From assembly GCA_032718475.1 (NCBI GenBank), contig JAUCBJ010007949.1:1-46581 (forward strand): a stretch of DNA of 46,581 bases. Direction: 5' to 3'. Source of the stretch: Nemertoderma westbladi. Lineage: Eukaryota; Animalia; Xenacoelomorpha. How positions within the stretch are numbered: the stretch's first letter is position 1; the number at the start of each line of letters is the position of its first letter. Both the position numbers and the translations under genes were made by a program. Shown here one piece after another: positions 13,031-26,343 of this stretch. Below the pieces are notes generated by a model. It made no database searches and had not been told where the DNA came from. It saw nothing but the letters and a program-made list of their open reading frames with translations.

Positions 13031-13813
13031 ATAAAATTTTATTTTGCGGATGATATTTTATTCTTGGAAATTCTGCGTAAATTTGCCAAAAAAAGGAACA
13101 GTAGGGAAACGTAAGTAGCAAATTAGTAATGTTCCACAATAATTTAATTAATTTCACAATAAGCTGTGATTCAATGGGAAATTAGTAATGTTTACACTGG
13201 CGTGTTACACATTAATTGCTATATCTCGGAAACTAGAAGTCGCATCAAATTTTTAAATATATCAAAAACTTCACGATATATTAAGTTGTAAAAAAAAAAA
13301 ACTGTTGTAAAAAAATTATACAATTCCACTGCAGGGAAATCTTCCATTAATGTTAACGAAGATTTTTCACATAATAAAATTGTGATTGCTTTATTGACAT
13401 TAGGTGTAATTTATTTATTTGTTTTAGTTTAAAAACCACAATAGTTTATCATATAACAAATAAATTTTTTGAGGATAAGGGTTTTTGAGGTCGACAAATC
13501 CGATGGGCGAGGTTACATCCACCCGTTTAGTAGAGAAGTTGTGTAAATATAAGCTCCCTATATTTTACCAGCAAAATTGGTATTAAAAATGGTTAAATGA
13601 TAAGACAAATTTCCGTTGCTCTGGAAACTAAATAGTTAACTATCTAGAAGTGCATACTTCGTTCAATCGATAGTCATTGGAGTAAAGTTTGTCTGTACCA
13701 AATTTGGAGAAAATCCCATTAACAGAGCCCTTGTTGCTATGTAAATTCCATGTTGCTAAGGAAAGAAACAGGAAATTGGAAGTGATCCAGCATAATATAT
13801 TTTTTAGACTTTT

Positions 13814-14119
13814 TTAGGGGTTAAACTTTAACTCGAATGGCATATTATAATTATGGTGGAGGAATGCTGAAAACTTCAAAACATGAGCCGATTTCGTTTT
13901 TAAAATGTGTGAGTAGGTCTGCTTTAAATGTACGCCAATCGGTAAATACAGAACCGTTATGTTTTTTTCTGTGCAGTAATCGAAGGAAGTATTATTAACA
14001 GCAATTGGAAATTTGTCTGCAACAGTACCATTGAAGACCATAAATTTAGGCTTTTTCCTATTAATTGACATATTAAATTCGGTACAAAAATCTAGTAGCA
14101 CAGACAATTTACATATCAC
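13814..14119 (-). mobile_element. CR1/L2-group LINE RT fragment
   Basis: LLDFCTEFNMSINRKKPKFMVFN matches the post-YADD LxxxCxxxxLxINxxKTKxMxF pattern. Confidence 0.6.
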
Positions 14120-14797
14120 TCTGTTGGTGAACTGGACTGCATACTGTATAACATGTATATATTACTTATATACTGTAATATAAGTATCAGTTCGCTGATT
14201 ACTCGCAGTTTTGACTTGCCTCGCCCCGCATAGCAAACATCCAGACATCACTATAATGTTGCTGTGCGTTAAAAGTACCAATAATATTTATAGATACACC
14301 CCGAGAATGGTAAATAAAGAAATATATAAATACGAAATATTAATTACATACTACTGTACAGTTTTATTGTAGGCCTATATTTATTACCGGTCGGTAACTT
14401 TAAACTGAAACATTTTTCAAAATCATAACTGTCATTGAATGGGTACGGGTAACTGCAGAACTGTGTGATTGAGATTATTTATTGAGGACTAATATAGTCT
14501 GATACCGGTAGTAGTATCGTATAGGAACGAAACAACAACTAGTAAAGATTACACGACAAACTGAAATTATTTACACTGATTTAACACAAGCAGACAAGGC
14601 ACAAAATCTAATTAAAATCACAAATTGAATTTTTAAAAGAATAACTGAATAAGTAGGCCTACAGAAGTATGTAGGTTAAAAGCTCGGTAACACAAATTAA
14701 TTATGATTGTGATTGTCATTATGATATGTGATTGCAGGATTGTTACCGGTACCTAACTGCCTAAGCGCGCTGCGACTGCGACGAGCTACGGCCTACG

Positions 14798-15025
14798 GGT
14801 CCGTCTAAACACCCAAATCACAACAAATCACAACAAATGACACCAAATCACAACAAATCACATCAAATCACAACAAATTACACAAAAAATTCTAATTTTT
14901 ATTTTTTTATAATTGTTTATTGTTTTGGTTCCTTCTGGCTACCACTGTCTGACTGTAACCTGCTCCTTTACTTTTCAATTTTTTTTTGTGATTTGGTGTG
15001 ATTTGGCAGTTTGGTATGATTTGGT
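14798..15025. repeat. Small foldback-like remnant with 10-bp CAAATCACAA repeats
   Basis: GGGTCC start, (caacaaatca)n at 14815-14885 and inverted (tgatttggtg)n at 14986-15025. Confidence 0.55.
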
Positions 15026-15426
15026 ATCATCGGCCAGTCGGCTGAATCTGAATCTGAGTATAATGACATCGACAAATATAAAAGTAACGAAACATAACAA
15101 ACATAACAAACAAGATTACCATTTTCATAGATACCGGTAGGATAGTTAGCCAGGACTTAATTCAGTAATTTGCAGCCTGGATAGTTAGTTTGGTAATCAA
15201 GTAAATATTGGTTTATACAGTATATTAAAATTATGCACTCAGCCATGCAATAAAGCACCACAGAGTAAAATAAGTACAACTTATGTATTAATAAACAAAA
15301 TAAAATGAAATGAAATGCAGAACAGAATAAAAGTGCATACGTAATGCACATTAATTTATAGATATTTATAGATATTAATTCATGGAAACATTGGAGTAGG
15401 TACAGTATATGGCGGTCCTACGAATT

Positions 15427-15690
15427 ACCGCAAAAGACCGCAAAAGACCAAAAAAGACCGCAAAAGACCACAAAAGAACGCAAAATACCACAAAATACCG
15501 CAAAAGACCATAAAAGACCGCAAAAAACCACAAAAGACCGCAAAAAACCACAAAAGACCGCAAAAGACCACAAAAGAACAGAGAAGGCATGGATATACTG
15601 CAAGACGAATTACCGCAAAAGACCGCAAAAGACCACAAAAGACAGCAAAAGACCGCAAAAGACAGCAAAATACTGCAAAAGACCACAAAA
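15427..15690. repeat. 10-bp periodic repeat (GACCGCAAAA)n in left TIR
   Basis: Directly visible; mirrored at 43019-43283. Confidence 0.95.
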
Positions 15691-17229
15691 GAGCACCAAG
15701 AAGTGAAAATTTAGTATTAGCGAGTGTCAGGCGCAGTCAGGCAGTCAGGTCAATGTATAGAAGTTTTGTAGACCTACATTATGAATTAGACTGTCTGATC
15801 TGAAATTATTATACAGTACATTGTCATAATGTATTAATTAGATTTTGATACAGTTCAACAATTATTTCACAACTTATTATTGTTTTAGGTTTGCTGGATG
15901 GAAATGTGGGAAGGTGGATGGGAATGTGAATGTGGGAATCAATAAACGCTGTTGTTACCTACCAATTTAAGGAAAGGAGCAGGTTACAGCGGCAGCATTC
16001 TAACCAAAACAATAAACTATGTAGTTAACGGTACCAACCACAGTACAAATTAGAGGATCGGACAGCCACAGCACAATGATCGGTGAACAAAACAAGCCCA
16101 AAACAAACAAGCCAATAAAAACAAAGAAGACAATGAGCGAGATGGCAAAATACAAAATATTGTAGTTAAAAAGTACTGTATAAGTTCGGTATGGTATGGT
16201 CAATGCTGCAATGGTCATTATGTGATTGCGGGTCTGCCAAACACCCAACTTTCACCCAACTCAGCAACTGCACCCCACTTCCACCCAACTACACAACTTT
16301 CACCCAACTGTATCCAACTTACACCAAACTATACTGTATAGCACCCAACTTCCACAAATTATAATAATGTACAGTAACAAACTCTGAACTTCTTTGAGGA
16401 GTTGCTGAGATATGAGCTTTTTAAAAGCTTCATGTACTGTATTTTGCACCCACTGCTGAGCAATTTATGAAAATACTGTAACAAACTAACGTTTATATTT
16501 ATTGCAGGTTGGTTCTAGAATAATTGATGAATTTAACAATAAATATACAAAGGAGAGACCGAGACTATTGGCGAACGATCCAGATACCTACAGATGTCTA
16601 CAGTACATATACCACTCACCAAAATCCCAACCTAATGAAGCTACATGTACAAACTAAACTGGCGCTGTGGGATTGCGGTGGAAATGAAAACGGTATTGAT
16701 ATACAGGAGGGTCACACTGTTAACGACGAAATCGCATTGGAAACTTTTGTTGTAAGGAATGACAATGTTTATAATAAGTACAAATTTAATGGACATAATT
16801 TCTATATTATACAGTACTGTATGTTTAATGCAATTATAATAATGTAATTATCCTTTATGTATCATAGAATACAAGAAAAAAACTAAGCAGCTTTATTTTA
16901 AAAATCATGGCCTTTATATTAATTAATAATAATTTATAACAAAACAACAGAAAGAATTTTATAACTTTTTACATTTTTGATAAACTAAAATGGGATCTGG
17001 TAAGATCTGTACATATCAAGAGAAATTCTGCAAAGAACTTATGATTCACTTCTTAATATCATTACTTCTTATTCTTTCTTATTATTATCATTATTATTAT
17101 GATTCCCATACAGGCAATGCCAGAATGGACAAGATCTTTACGAGAATCGATAAGATCGTTATACAGTACAGATCTTAGTGGAACTAATAATTCATCACAC
17201 TAAGGTAGAGAATTGCGTACGTTGATCAA

Positions 17230-17540
17230 TGTAATCATATAGACGCGGCCTGTGGTCTCTAGTACATACAGTATATGTACAGTAGGATATGCCAATATTC
17301 CAAAAGTTCGAGAGGTATTTGCCCGTAACTTTCTAAAATATTGGAACTTTTTCTCCAGTACGCCCATACAAAATTTTGTTGAAAATGGTTAAAATCTTCA
17401 AAAGTTATTTACGAATGTATTTTTCATTAAAGACAGATGGACAGACAGAAAGACGGACGCACATACATGAAATTTTGCCTTATTTACTAATTATCATTGT
17501 GCGTTAAGGCTCGCCTTTACTGCGTGGCTCGACCCACAAT
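17230..17540 (+). mobile_element. DINE-1/HINE-like (Helentron-associated) remnant
   Basis: GACA/GACG microsatellite at 17432-17460 followed by a GC-rich 3' motif (ggctcgcc...ggctcgacccacaat). Architecture-based call only. Confidence 0.4.
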
Positions 17541-17992
17541 CGCAGAAAACCATGGTCACGAAATTTTAAAAATTACGTGTATCACCAAATTTCAGTTCCA
17601 GAACGAAAAATACCTGTTATGCCTCTGAACTAAACATTAGATATATTGTACTGTATGGCCTACACAACTCCACATCCAAAAAAGCGATGTATATTAGAAT
17701 TTGTATGGTTTTTGGCAACTTTATAATTTGCTTTATAATTTTTTATTTTGAAAAATTCTGACATAGGGTGCGAGAAAGTGGTGAAAGTTAAGTGTAGTTG
17801 GATGAAAGTTGAATGTAGTTGGGTGGAAGTGGAGCGTAGTTGGGTGAAAGTGAGTCAAAGTTGAGAGTAGTTGGGTGATAGTTGTGTGGAGAGCTGGATG
17901 TTCTGTGGGATGAGTCACGCAGTCATGGCGAGACTTAGCGCACAATTGCAATTAGTAAAAATAAAGCAAAATTTAATCTCCGTCAGTTTACA

Positions 17993-18237
17993 AAAGCCCG
18001 CCTCTGTAATCTGCTCCTTTCCCTCAATTGGTAACAATATCGTTTATTGTTTTGGTTAGAAAAGCCCGCCTCTGTAACCTGCTCCTATCCCTCAATTGGT
18101 AACAATATCGTTTATTGTTTTGGTTAGAAAAGCCCGCCTCTGTAACCTGCTCCTATCCCTCAATTGGTAACAATATCGTTTATTGTTTTTTTTAGAAAAG
18201 CCCGCCTCTGTAACCTGCTCCTTTCCCTCTATTGGTA
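17993..18237. repeat. 68-bp tandem repeat x~3.6
   Basis: aaagcccgcctctgtaa recurs at 17993, 18061, 18129 and 18197. The unit is an inverted homolog of the TIR segment at 15960-16018. Confidence 0.95.
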
Positions 18238-19007
18238 GGTAAAAATAACGTCATTCCCATCTTCCCACATTCCGATCTCCCTACATTCCCATCTTCCTAC
18301 ATTCCCACATTCCCATCCACCTTCCTACATTCCCATCTTCCCATCCACCTTCCTACCATCCCACTGACCGAGCCACCTACCCACCTCTTTAAACAAAGGT
18401 TGACGTATTTTATTTCGACTTTCCTGGGCACTCTGGGAAAGTTCACATTGGCCTAAAAACAAGTAATTTTTTTTAATTATAGAGACATAAATTCAGGCAC
18501 TACAAATTCAAATATTCAAGCACTTTGTGTTTCCCTGTATGGGTTGTACATATCTTAGTTTACATATACTGTATGTCGCTGTATATTGGACTTCTTGGGT
18601 CTTAAGTTAACCCTATACTGGGCTCCCTGATACAGTATTAAAGGTAAGAAAATACAAAGTACAGTACTAAATTTGTATAACATTCAAATAATGAATTTAT
18701 CATGTGTCATGTATGTTAATGTGTCCAGATGTTGTGTTAAAGCCAGTGTGTTCTTCGCATATTTAACATTAGCCTATGCCTATGGAGTATTGTTGTTGTA
18801 AGATAAGTCAGGGGAAGGGAAATACAACTCAACCACTAGATAAAGCGGCTCTCTTTACTACTTTCAGCTATTCCGGGAGGTTGATTGACAGGCATTTCTA
18901 AGCTTTGATATTTAGCCGCTCTAGGTAGACTTGCATTAGGCAAATTCCAAGTGATTTCCTAAAGGTTATTTTATTCCTATTATGAACCTAATAGGATTAG
19001 GAGCCTA

Positions 19008-22000
19008 CCCTGCAAACCAGAAGTATCCGAGGATTAATTTTGTATTTGAAATTTAATGCTGCTAAAAAGTTGTGCATTAGTGCAATGAGACAAATTATTT
19101 GAGAAAAACCCAAAATTTTACATTTTAATATTGAAATAATCTAAAATAATATTTAAATACTAATATTAAAATTCAGATAGTGAAATGACATTCAGAATAC
19201 ATTCGAACAGCAATGTTTATTATTTAACACATATAATCGCAACATATTTTGAATGATATTCTAATACTATATTCCATACTATTGATATTATAATGTATTT
19301 ACAATGTTATCGAAATGTTCAAATCAGAATATTTTCATTGGAAATTAATTTACATTGGGGATGAATCATAGCATTGTTATAACAATGATGCGAAAAGGTT
19401 ATTCTAACGTTGTTTTTCGAATGTTGGCGGGTCATACTTCAACTGCTTTGAATGACAATATTATTCTAATGTTATCCTAATGTCATCTTTATTAGGCCCT
19501 GCTCTGGTACAGAACTTTGCACGTGAATCCCCATTGTTTTCATTATCGTTATTGTCCAGTCCTTGCCAGTGCAGATTGTTTAACACACCTACTCAGTGCA
19601 TCCACATGAACCAAATGTGTTCATGTTTTGGTTTTCCTGGACCGTAACTTACAGTACATGGATGTTTTTCAGTACGGTTCCATACAGCCATACCTACAGT
19701 AGGTCTACACCCCTACAGATATATCAGTCCTAATGTGCGGTTGTCAATGAGACCAATAAGGCATGTGCCACAGACACCACGCACGAGATCCGAAAGGCCG
19801 CTTGCGTTTTAGTTACAGTACAGTAAATATCTAAATATTGTTAAAAAAAAAATTTGCACAATAAACAAACTTCGAGAGGGGGGCGGGGTGGGTGTTTTGC
19901 CTGTCATGCCCCCTCTACATAACATTGTTCACTCCTTGGTGGAAATAAAGGAGGAAGGAGGAGTTGAAGAGTGTCCAAGGAACTTTAAAAATAATGGAAT
20001 GGATTCAAGGAGAGACTCTTCAGTCAGAGTTCCTGTTCCCCGACCAGCCAGTAGTCTTCTCCTGAGGATTTAGCCAAATGGGAAAAGGCCCTAAAGGAGA
20101 ATAATGCACTGGCAAAGTATAAGGTGAGAATGATAATGGCATCTTTATCCTTTTATCCTATATGGGAAGTCGAATTTGACATTAAATTATTTAACAAATT
20201 GTGTAAAACAGAATCAGGAATTGTTGAAGATTACTACCTTCGGGTAGTAGCTATCGAAAGAAGAGCCTTCGGATCGCTTCCGGCTTCAGCCGACTGTTTG
20301 CTTTGCTCGATACGTTCTCGAAACGTATTCTTTTGATTTCTTATTATTTGTTCTAGATCAGTAATTAATCATTTTTATTAATGTGTTTATATATTTTAGC
20401 ATTAAAATGTTAGTAAGCGAGGAGTTTTTTCTAATCTTTGTAGATTGACGAATTCTCCAACTTCTCACAATCACTATCGGCTGCGAGTTTTGCCATCTGT
20501 GCACGATGGATGGAAACACATTCGCCGAGAAATATGCAAAAACCGCTAGACATGCCATCGGGAAAATTAATCGTTCTAAGATGTATTAAAGGTTAGACAA
20601 TTTTTCATATTATTTGTTACATACTGATATGGAATTGTTACAGTATAATACGCCAGTACACATATTGTTACAGTACATATAGGCTACGCCGGTACACATA
20701 CAGTACATTGACGCTAATGCAAGTTGGCATATGACATTTATTTATTTATTTCTAACATTTATTGACACATTGTGGGGCCTTCGCGCAGCACGAAAGTCTA
20801 TAAGAAAGTTACTAATCTCTATTAGATAAACGGAAACCGTCATTTCCAAGATATCAATCAGTGATGCATAAACTGGTTGTAAAAAGCAGAGGTTCATTTC
20901 CGTTTAGCCTTACACGCTTTTTAACTATTTAACTTGACTTGAGTATTTAACCTGCCTTAACACGATTTATAGAAGATGGATACTTGTATCCACTACAAAA
21001 CTTGTTGCGTTCGTCCTATACAACCTGGTCACCAAATATATGCCTTAAAACATTCCTTTGGCAATATTGGATAAAGTGTCAACCGTCTAATATGTTAAAC
21101 CAGGTTGTTTACGAGTTATTTTTAAAACTCTCGTCTTCATTACAACCCTCGTTGCACTCGTCCTGTACATCTGATCACCAAATAACTAGCATAAGACATT
21201 CCACCACCGGTGCTATCAAATTGACATATCGTCCAATATTCTGTACTAAAGCTTGCAAGTATAGTCAACATAATACTAGTCTCTTCATTAGCTCATCCTG
21301 AAGGCCCCACGCAAATTCTAATTGGAAAATTTATAAACTTTTACCAAACAACATGTGTACTAAGTTTGATTAGATTTCATCGAGAATTAGCCGAGTTATT
21401 CACATTTCAAAACACGGACCTACAGATCTAGAGAACACTTACTTTCATGGCTCGCCCCGCATTCACGCAGTAGGATAATTTGAACATAATATTTATTGTG
21501 TTTCATTTTATGTAAAGAAAGTAAAGTAAATAACTTTATTCTGTACCCTAGGAAGAACTGCTATAGTTTGAAGCTCGTACCATAATAACCTAACAAAACA
21601 CGTCCGTGGGGCCTTCGCGCAGCACGAGGCTCAGTTATGAGATACAAATTTAAATTAATTTTCAATTAAATTTCTTCTAGCTTTCTCACTGAACACTAGT
21701 CCTATGGTGTTGACGCGAAGATAGAGAAAGTGATTACAAACTATTTTGTTCAAGTTGCGTGGCGCGCTGGTGGATCTAAGTACATGTAAGTATAATTATA
21801 TTATAATGCATAGACCTCAAAATTTAATTAAATATTATAATTTAATGCAATGGTGCGATTATGGTATATAAAGAAAGATTAGTTTTGTATTAGATAAATA
21901 ATAGTGGTGAGGATTTGTGTGTTAAATATTATGCATGTGGGTGGGTTGGTTTAGGTTTGAGGATTTATAACATAATTTTCTTAACTTATATCATGGAATA

Positions 22001-23057
22001 CCGTTTCGCTGTCAACTTAATATTATGGTAATCTTAATAATGTAATCAATGAAATCTTAATTAATGTAATCTTAATTACTTTACAGTGCTAGAAAAGTTG
22101 GAGGAGCCGAGGAGTGTATCGCAATCGAAAAGATAGAAAACGAAATCGAGACTGGAATTGAGACTTTTGATTGGACTTATAAGAACTTTATTATTGGCCG
22201 TAGGGCCAATACATGTGCATAAAATAGGTCAACCTTTATTTATATTTATATCAAATTTTAATAGTTTGTTTCTTGCAATATCTTTTTAATTAATAATAAA
22301 ATTGTAATAGATTGTCCTATTATGTATCGGAAACGTTCTGTGTTTTTATACCTACGAGATTAGCACTACATTGGGGATAAACCAGACATTATTGTAAATT
22401 ACTGTTGTTAGTTATATTTGCTATAAGATAATAAGATAAAAGCATTGCGTCTTGGGTTGGTGGGTTTCATTTCCATATTTTCAACGGGTGTACACATACT
22501 AACATTATTATTCACATTATGATTATAATATTAATTAATAGCGTTTTTACCCATTGTTATTCTGTAATATTATAAAACAAACCGCACCAATTTTGTTCAG
22601 GTGTAATAAGTTTTTGCATTTATAGAAATAACATTGTTTATATGGAAACTCTATATGTAGGCCTATTACAAGATACCATGCATTTAATAACATTAAAATC
22701 ATAATGTTTTTGTATTGATGTACTAATGTTAGAATAATAATGAGAAAATAGTGAGAAAAAAATCAGGAATGCTATGAGAATGCTATGAAATAATTCCAAT
22801 ATTAGCTTAATGTTAGAATAACATTAGAATGTTAAGGGTGGGAAATCCACTAACTATTAAAATTCCAATGTTAAAATAACACTGATTAATATTGGTTACC
22901 AAATACTGCCAAAAGTGCACTTGTATTGCACAGGGTCCGAGCGCTTTGCCAAAAAAATATTAAAACTGGCATTAGTTTAACATTTGAATTTTAATATTTT
23001 ATTATATGAATAAAGATGTTAATAAACATTATTTTAATGTTGCTATGGTTTGCAGGG
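19008..23057. mobile_element. Nested CMC/EnSpm-like non-autonomous element
   Basis: 12-bp TIR CCCTGCAAACCA (19008-19019) / TGGTTTGCAGGG (23046-23057), flanked by TA on both sides. Subterminal ATTCTAA/AATGTT-type short repeats at both ends. Confidence 0.7.
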
Positions 23058-23797
23058 TAATATGATCATATTAGGAGCCTAATAGGATCCTATTAGGATC
23101 CTAATAGGATCCAATAGGACGTTATTTAAAAGGGTTACTGTATCATGATACATAAAGGATAATTACATAATTATAATTGCATTAAACATACTGTATAATA
23201 TTGAATATTATGTCTATTAATTTTGAACGAATTATAGCATTGCCATTCCCATAACAGAAGCTTCCAATGAGATTTCGTCGTTAAGGCTGTGACCCTCCTG
23301 TGTATCAATACCTTTTACATTAACACAGCGCCAGTTTAGTTTGTACTGTGCTTCATTAGTTTGGAGTTTCGGTGCGTGGTATATGTCGGCATCTGTTGGT
23401 CGTTCGCCAATAGTCTGTATCTCTCCTTTGTATATTTATTGTTAAATTTATCAATTATTCTAGAACCAACCTGCAATAAATATAAACGTTAGTTTGTTAC
23501 AGTATTTTCATAAATTGCTCAGCAGTGGGTGCAAAATACAGTACATGAAGCTTTTAAAAAGCTCATATCTCAGCAATTCCTCATAGAAGTTCAGAGTTTG
23601 TTACTGTACATATTATAATTTGTGGAAGTTGGGTGCCATACAGTATAGTTTGGTGTAAGTTGGATGCAGTTAGGTTAACGTTGGGTGTAGTTGGGTGTTT
23701 AGGCAGACCCGTAATCACATAATGACCATTGACCATACCATACTAAACTTTTACAGTACTTTTTAACTACAATATTTTGTTTTTTGCCATCTCTCTC

Positions 23798-24987
23798 TGT
23801 TCGCGCTTTTAGACCTTTGGCAGTTTAACCCGCCAAATTAGGATGTCTTCTAGATAATAAATCACTTTTAGCCTATGACAAGTATTTAATTCACTACACT
23901 AGTCGAAACCAATCTGTGCGCGATCATTCACCCGCTGGATATACCCGGGAGATTGGGTTCGACGGCTTAATCGTATTGCTATGTAAGCCTAATGTATTAT
24001 TCGACTGACAGTATTATATAATCTCTGACAATATTATTCACCTTCGGGGAATATTAACAGTTCCTTTAGGACGTGGCGCTCTATCTATATAAACAGAGTT
24101 ACGACTTAAACTACTCACAACGATATGGCTTAGTTATAATTCACATATATGGCGCATTCTTTAGGAAATGCTTCGTTATCAGTCTCACTCATACACAATG
24201 CTGCACAATACTGCACACTGATCTGCCGATCTTCACTGATTTTAGTTATATATAAAAGGAACACGGACTGACTCATGTAGGGTCTATCAAATAACATTAG
24301 ATTCACTTCAAACCACTTTAACATAAGTCACAATCGTTATATGTAACCTTTCTCTCTTACCTTCGGTATATCAAGAATATTGGGTTTTCGGGGTTATTTA
24401 TCGTTATTCCAAATATAATAATTCATCAACCATATTATGAAGAACTGACAGTAAATAGCAGTATAACAATATAAACGTATGCACAGGTATGTGGTACATG
24501 CAGATCATCAGTTATGTTTGCAATGTTGTTTTGGTTTGATAACGGATATATGTCCTTATAATTAAGCCTACTAGTGTTAGACTAAAACAGAAAAGCACAA
24601 AATATTTCCAAGCCGTTCTCTCCTGGCTCAGGACAGAAAGACCAACAACACTGAAAACTGATAAGAATAACCTTATTTACAAAAGCTTCCACCCACCACA
24701 GAGAAAGAGCATACAGATAGGAAAATTCAGTTCAGTAGATCTGTGATAGGTCGAAATCAAAATCAACTCAAATCCTATTGGCAGATACAGAAAGCAGGGC
24801 TGTGGGGCAACTTTCCCAAGCTGGTTGGACAATCAAACGTAGCCCAGATCCCTTCGCACAGCGAATCAGCCAATCAGCCGGTAGCTTGCGCTATTCGAGT
24901 TATAGATCCCTTTTTAGAGTATTCCAGCGCCTGGGGGGAACTGGTTAGCAAGGCAAACGAATCAGTTATCCCACAAAAGCTTTTACA
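23798..24987 (-). repeat. 3' LTR (1190 bp)
   Basis: Direct repeat of 41360-42548; I could see only two differences (one substitution, one 1-bp indel). Confidence 0.97.
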
Positions 24988-24995
24988 CCGCTCCC
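24988..24995 (-). other. Polypurine tract
   Basis: GGGAGCGG on the minus strand immediately precedes the 3' LTR start TGTAAAAG. Confidence 0.7.
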
Positions 24996-25065
24996 AGAAA
25001 ATGGGATTTAAGTCTATAAAATATACAAAATCACAATTTCTAATATACATAAATACTCTAAACAG

Positions 25066-26343
25066 TTAGTCTTTCTTGCGCGGACGGCGTTTACGCAGTT
25101 TCCCGAGGCCAGCAAGAGTCCTTTTCTCTTTGGGGCGAGCCACTTTACGAGGAGGGCTGTAGCTCCGAGGCGAAGGGTGCAATACAATTGCATCAGAAGG
25201 TGTAGGGTTACGATCGGTATACCCGCCGGTCGAAGTACCTGGTTGATTAATATCAACCTCAGTGGAGCGAGGTCTAACGGCCTTTAGAGCGCGTCTCAGG
25301 ACAGCAGCTCCTACGGGTCCTTGACGGGTCGTCTGGACACTAGCGGTGGGTGGACCGTGAGTGGTGAGGAACTTTCTCGGTTTAATGGTTCTCTCCAGCT
25401 CGCGTTCTCGGGTTCGATATTCATATGGTCGCCGAGATATTTCCTGTAGTTCAGGATGCGAGTTCACAAAGATGTCGCCATACTCAGGGTCCTGACGGAT
25501 AAAATTGATCAGGTGATATGTGGTTATATCATTAGGGTTAACGTTTCTAAGGTATTTCCTGACAAACTTGGTGGAAATACACTCACCAACACGCTTCATT
25601 AACTCGTAACTTGGTACGCGTGTTTTCTGTTCAATCGACGCGAATAGATAAGGATGGAACGCGTAAACTCCCTCGTAAGCTCGTCCAGGGTAATAGCGAT
25701 GTCGGGATTCACAATGTAAATCTGCGTTCGCTTCCCAAGCTCGGATGTATCGCAGGGTGATCATCTCGTCTACGCTCTCTAAATCGCGATTAAAGGGACA
25801 ATTGTAACTTTCATGTCCTTTAAGTTGACAGTAGTGACATTGAGTCATAAATTGTGGGCAGACGGCAAATATATGAGAGTTATTAAGCCGGCAATAAGCA
25901 CAATATATTTCCATCATCGGTTGTTCGAGGAAATAGGAACAAGGTACGCTCGAGTCTAGAGGAGTGAAGTGGTCTCTCGATGCGCATAATCGACAACGTT
26001 TTCGAGAAACGTAGTTGGCGTGTCGATAATCGTACGCTGTGAGACGTTGTGGACCTTGATACCACTCTATGACATAATCATTGTCACTGCTCCGGGAAGC
26101 TGTAGGTTGAATCGCTTCTGATTCCAAGCATACTGGTTCATCCTCCAGCTGTATAGACGAAGTGGGTGCGTCGGTCTCCGTAAGTGGACCCACTGTCTGT
26201 ATTTCCACGACAGAATAACCTGTAGATATTCGGGGTCTTTGTATAACGGATGAATGTAGGTTCTGTATACAAACGTCTTGAAAAACGGCAAATCCAGCGC
26301 TACTCAGTTTCTCAGTTTGGTCAGCGCGCGGTCCTTGAACTGA
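25066..26343 (-). CDS. Cargo ORF3: CCHC zinc-knuckle protein with basic C-terminus (probably the C-terminal part of ORF2)
   Basis: CRLCASRDH(x9)C, CAYCRLNNSHIFAVC and CHYCQLKGHESYNC motifs; tail LRKRRPRKKD. The ORF-track start at 26208 is GTG; the frame is open back to 26343 and overlaps the end of ORF2. Confidence 0.75.
   Translation of the reverse strand, partial: SVQGPRADQTEKLSSAGFAVFQDVCIQNLHSSVIQRPRISTGYSVVEIQTVGPLTETDAPTSSIQLEDEPVCLESEAIQPTASRSSDNDYVIEWYQGPQRLTAYDYRHANYVSRKRCRLCASRDHFTPLDSSVPCSYFLEQPMMEIYCAYCRLNNSHIFAVCPQFMTQCHYCQLKGHESYNCPFNRDLESVDEMITLRYIRAWEANADLHCESRHRYYPGRAYEGVYAFHPYLFASIEQKTRVPSYELMKRVGECISTKFVRKYLRNVNPNDITTYHLINFIRQDPEYGDIFVNSHPELQEISRRPYEYRTRERELERTIKPRKFLTTHGPPTASVQTTRQGPVGAAVLRRALKAVRPRSTEVDINQPGTSTGGYTDRNPTPSDAIVLHPSPRSYSPPRKVARPKEKRTLAGLGKLRKRRPRKKD

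Noticed and set aside
15375-15688. Hydrophobic FCGLLRSF-type ORFs (also 42906-43358, 6944-7272, 8281-8514, 1479-1667)
   Set aside because: Translations of simple tandem repeats, open in several frames.
16866-23144. Transposase gene inside the Foldback/Mutator element
   Set aside because: No long ORF or DDE motif seen; the interior is nested repeats.
24073-25069. ORFs within the LTRs (and duplicates at 41635-42684)
   Set aside because: Short, with no recognisable motifs; one is broken by the inter-LTR indel and another runs out into unrelated flank.
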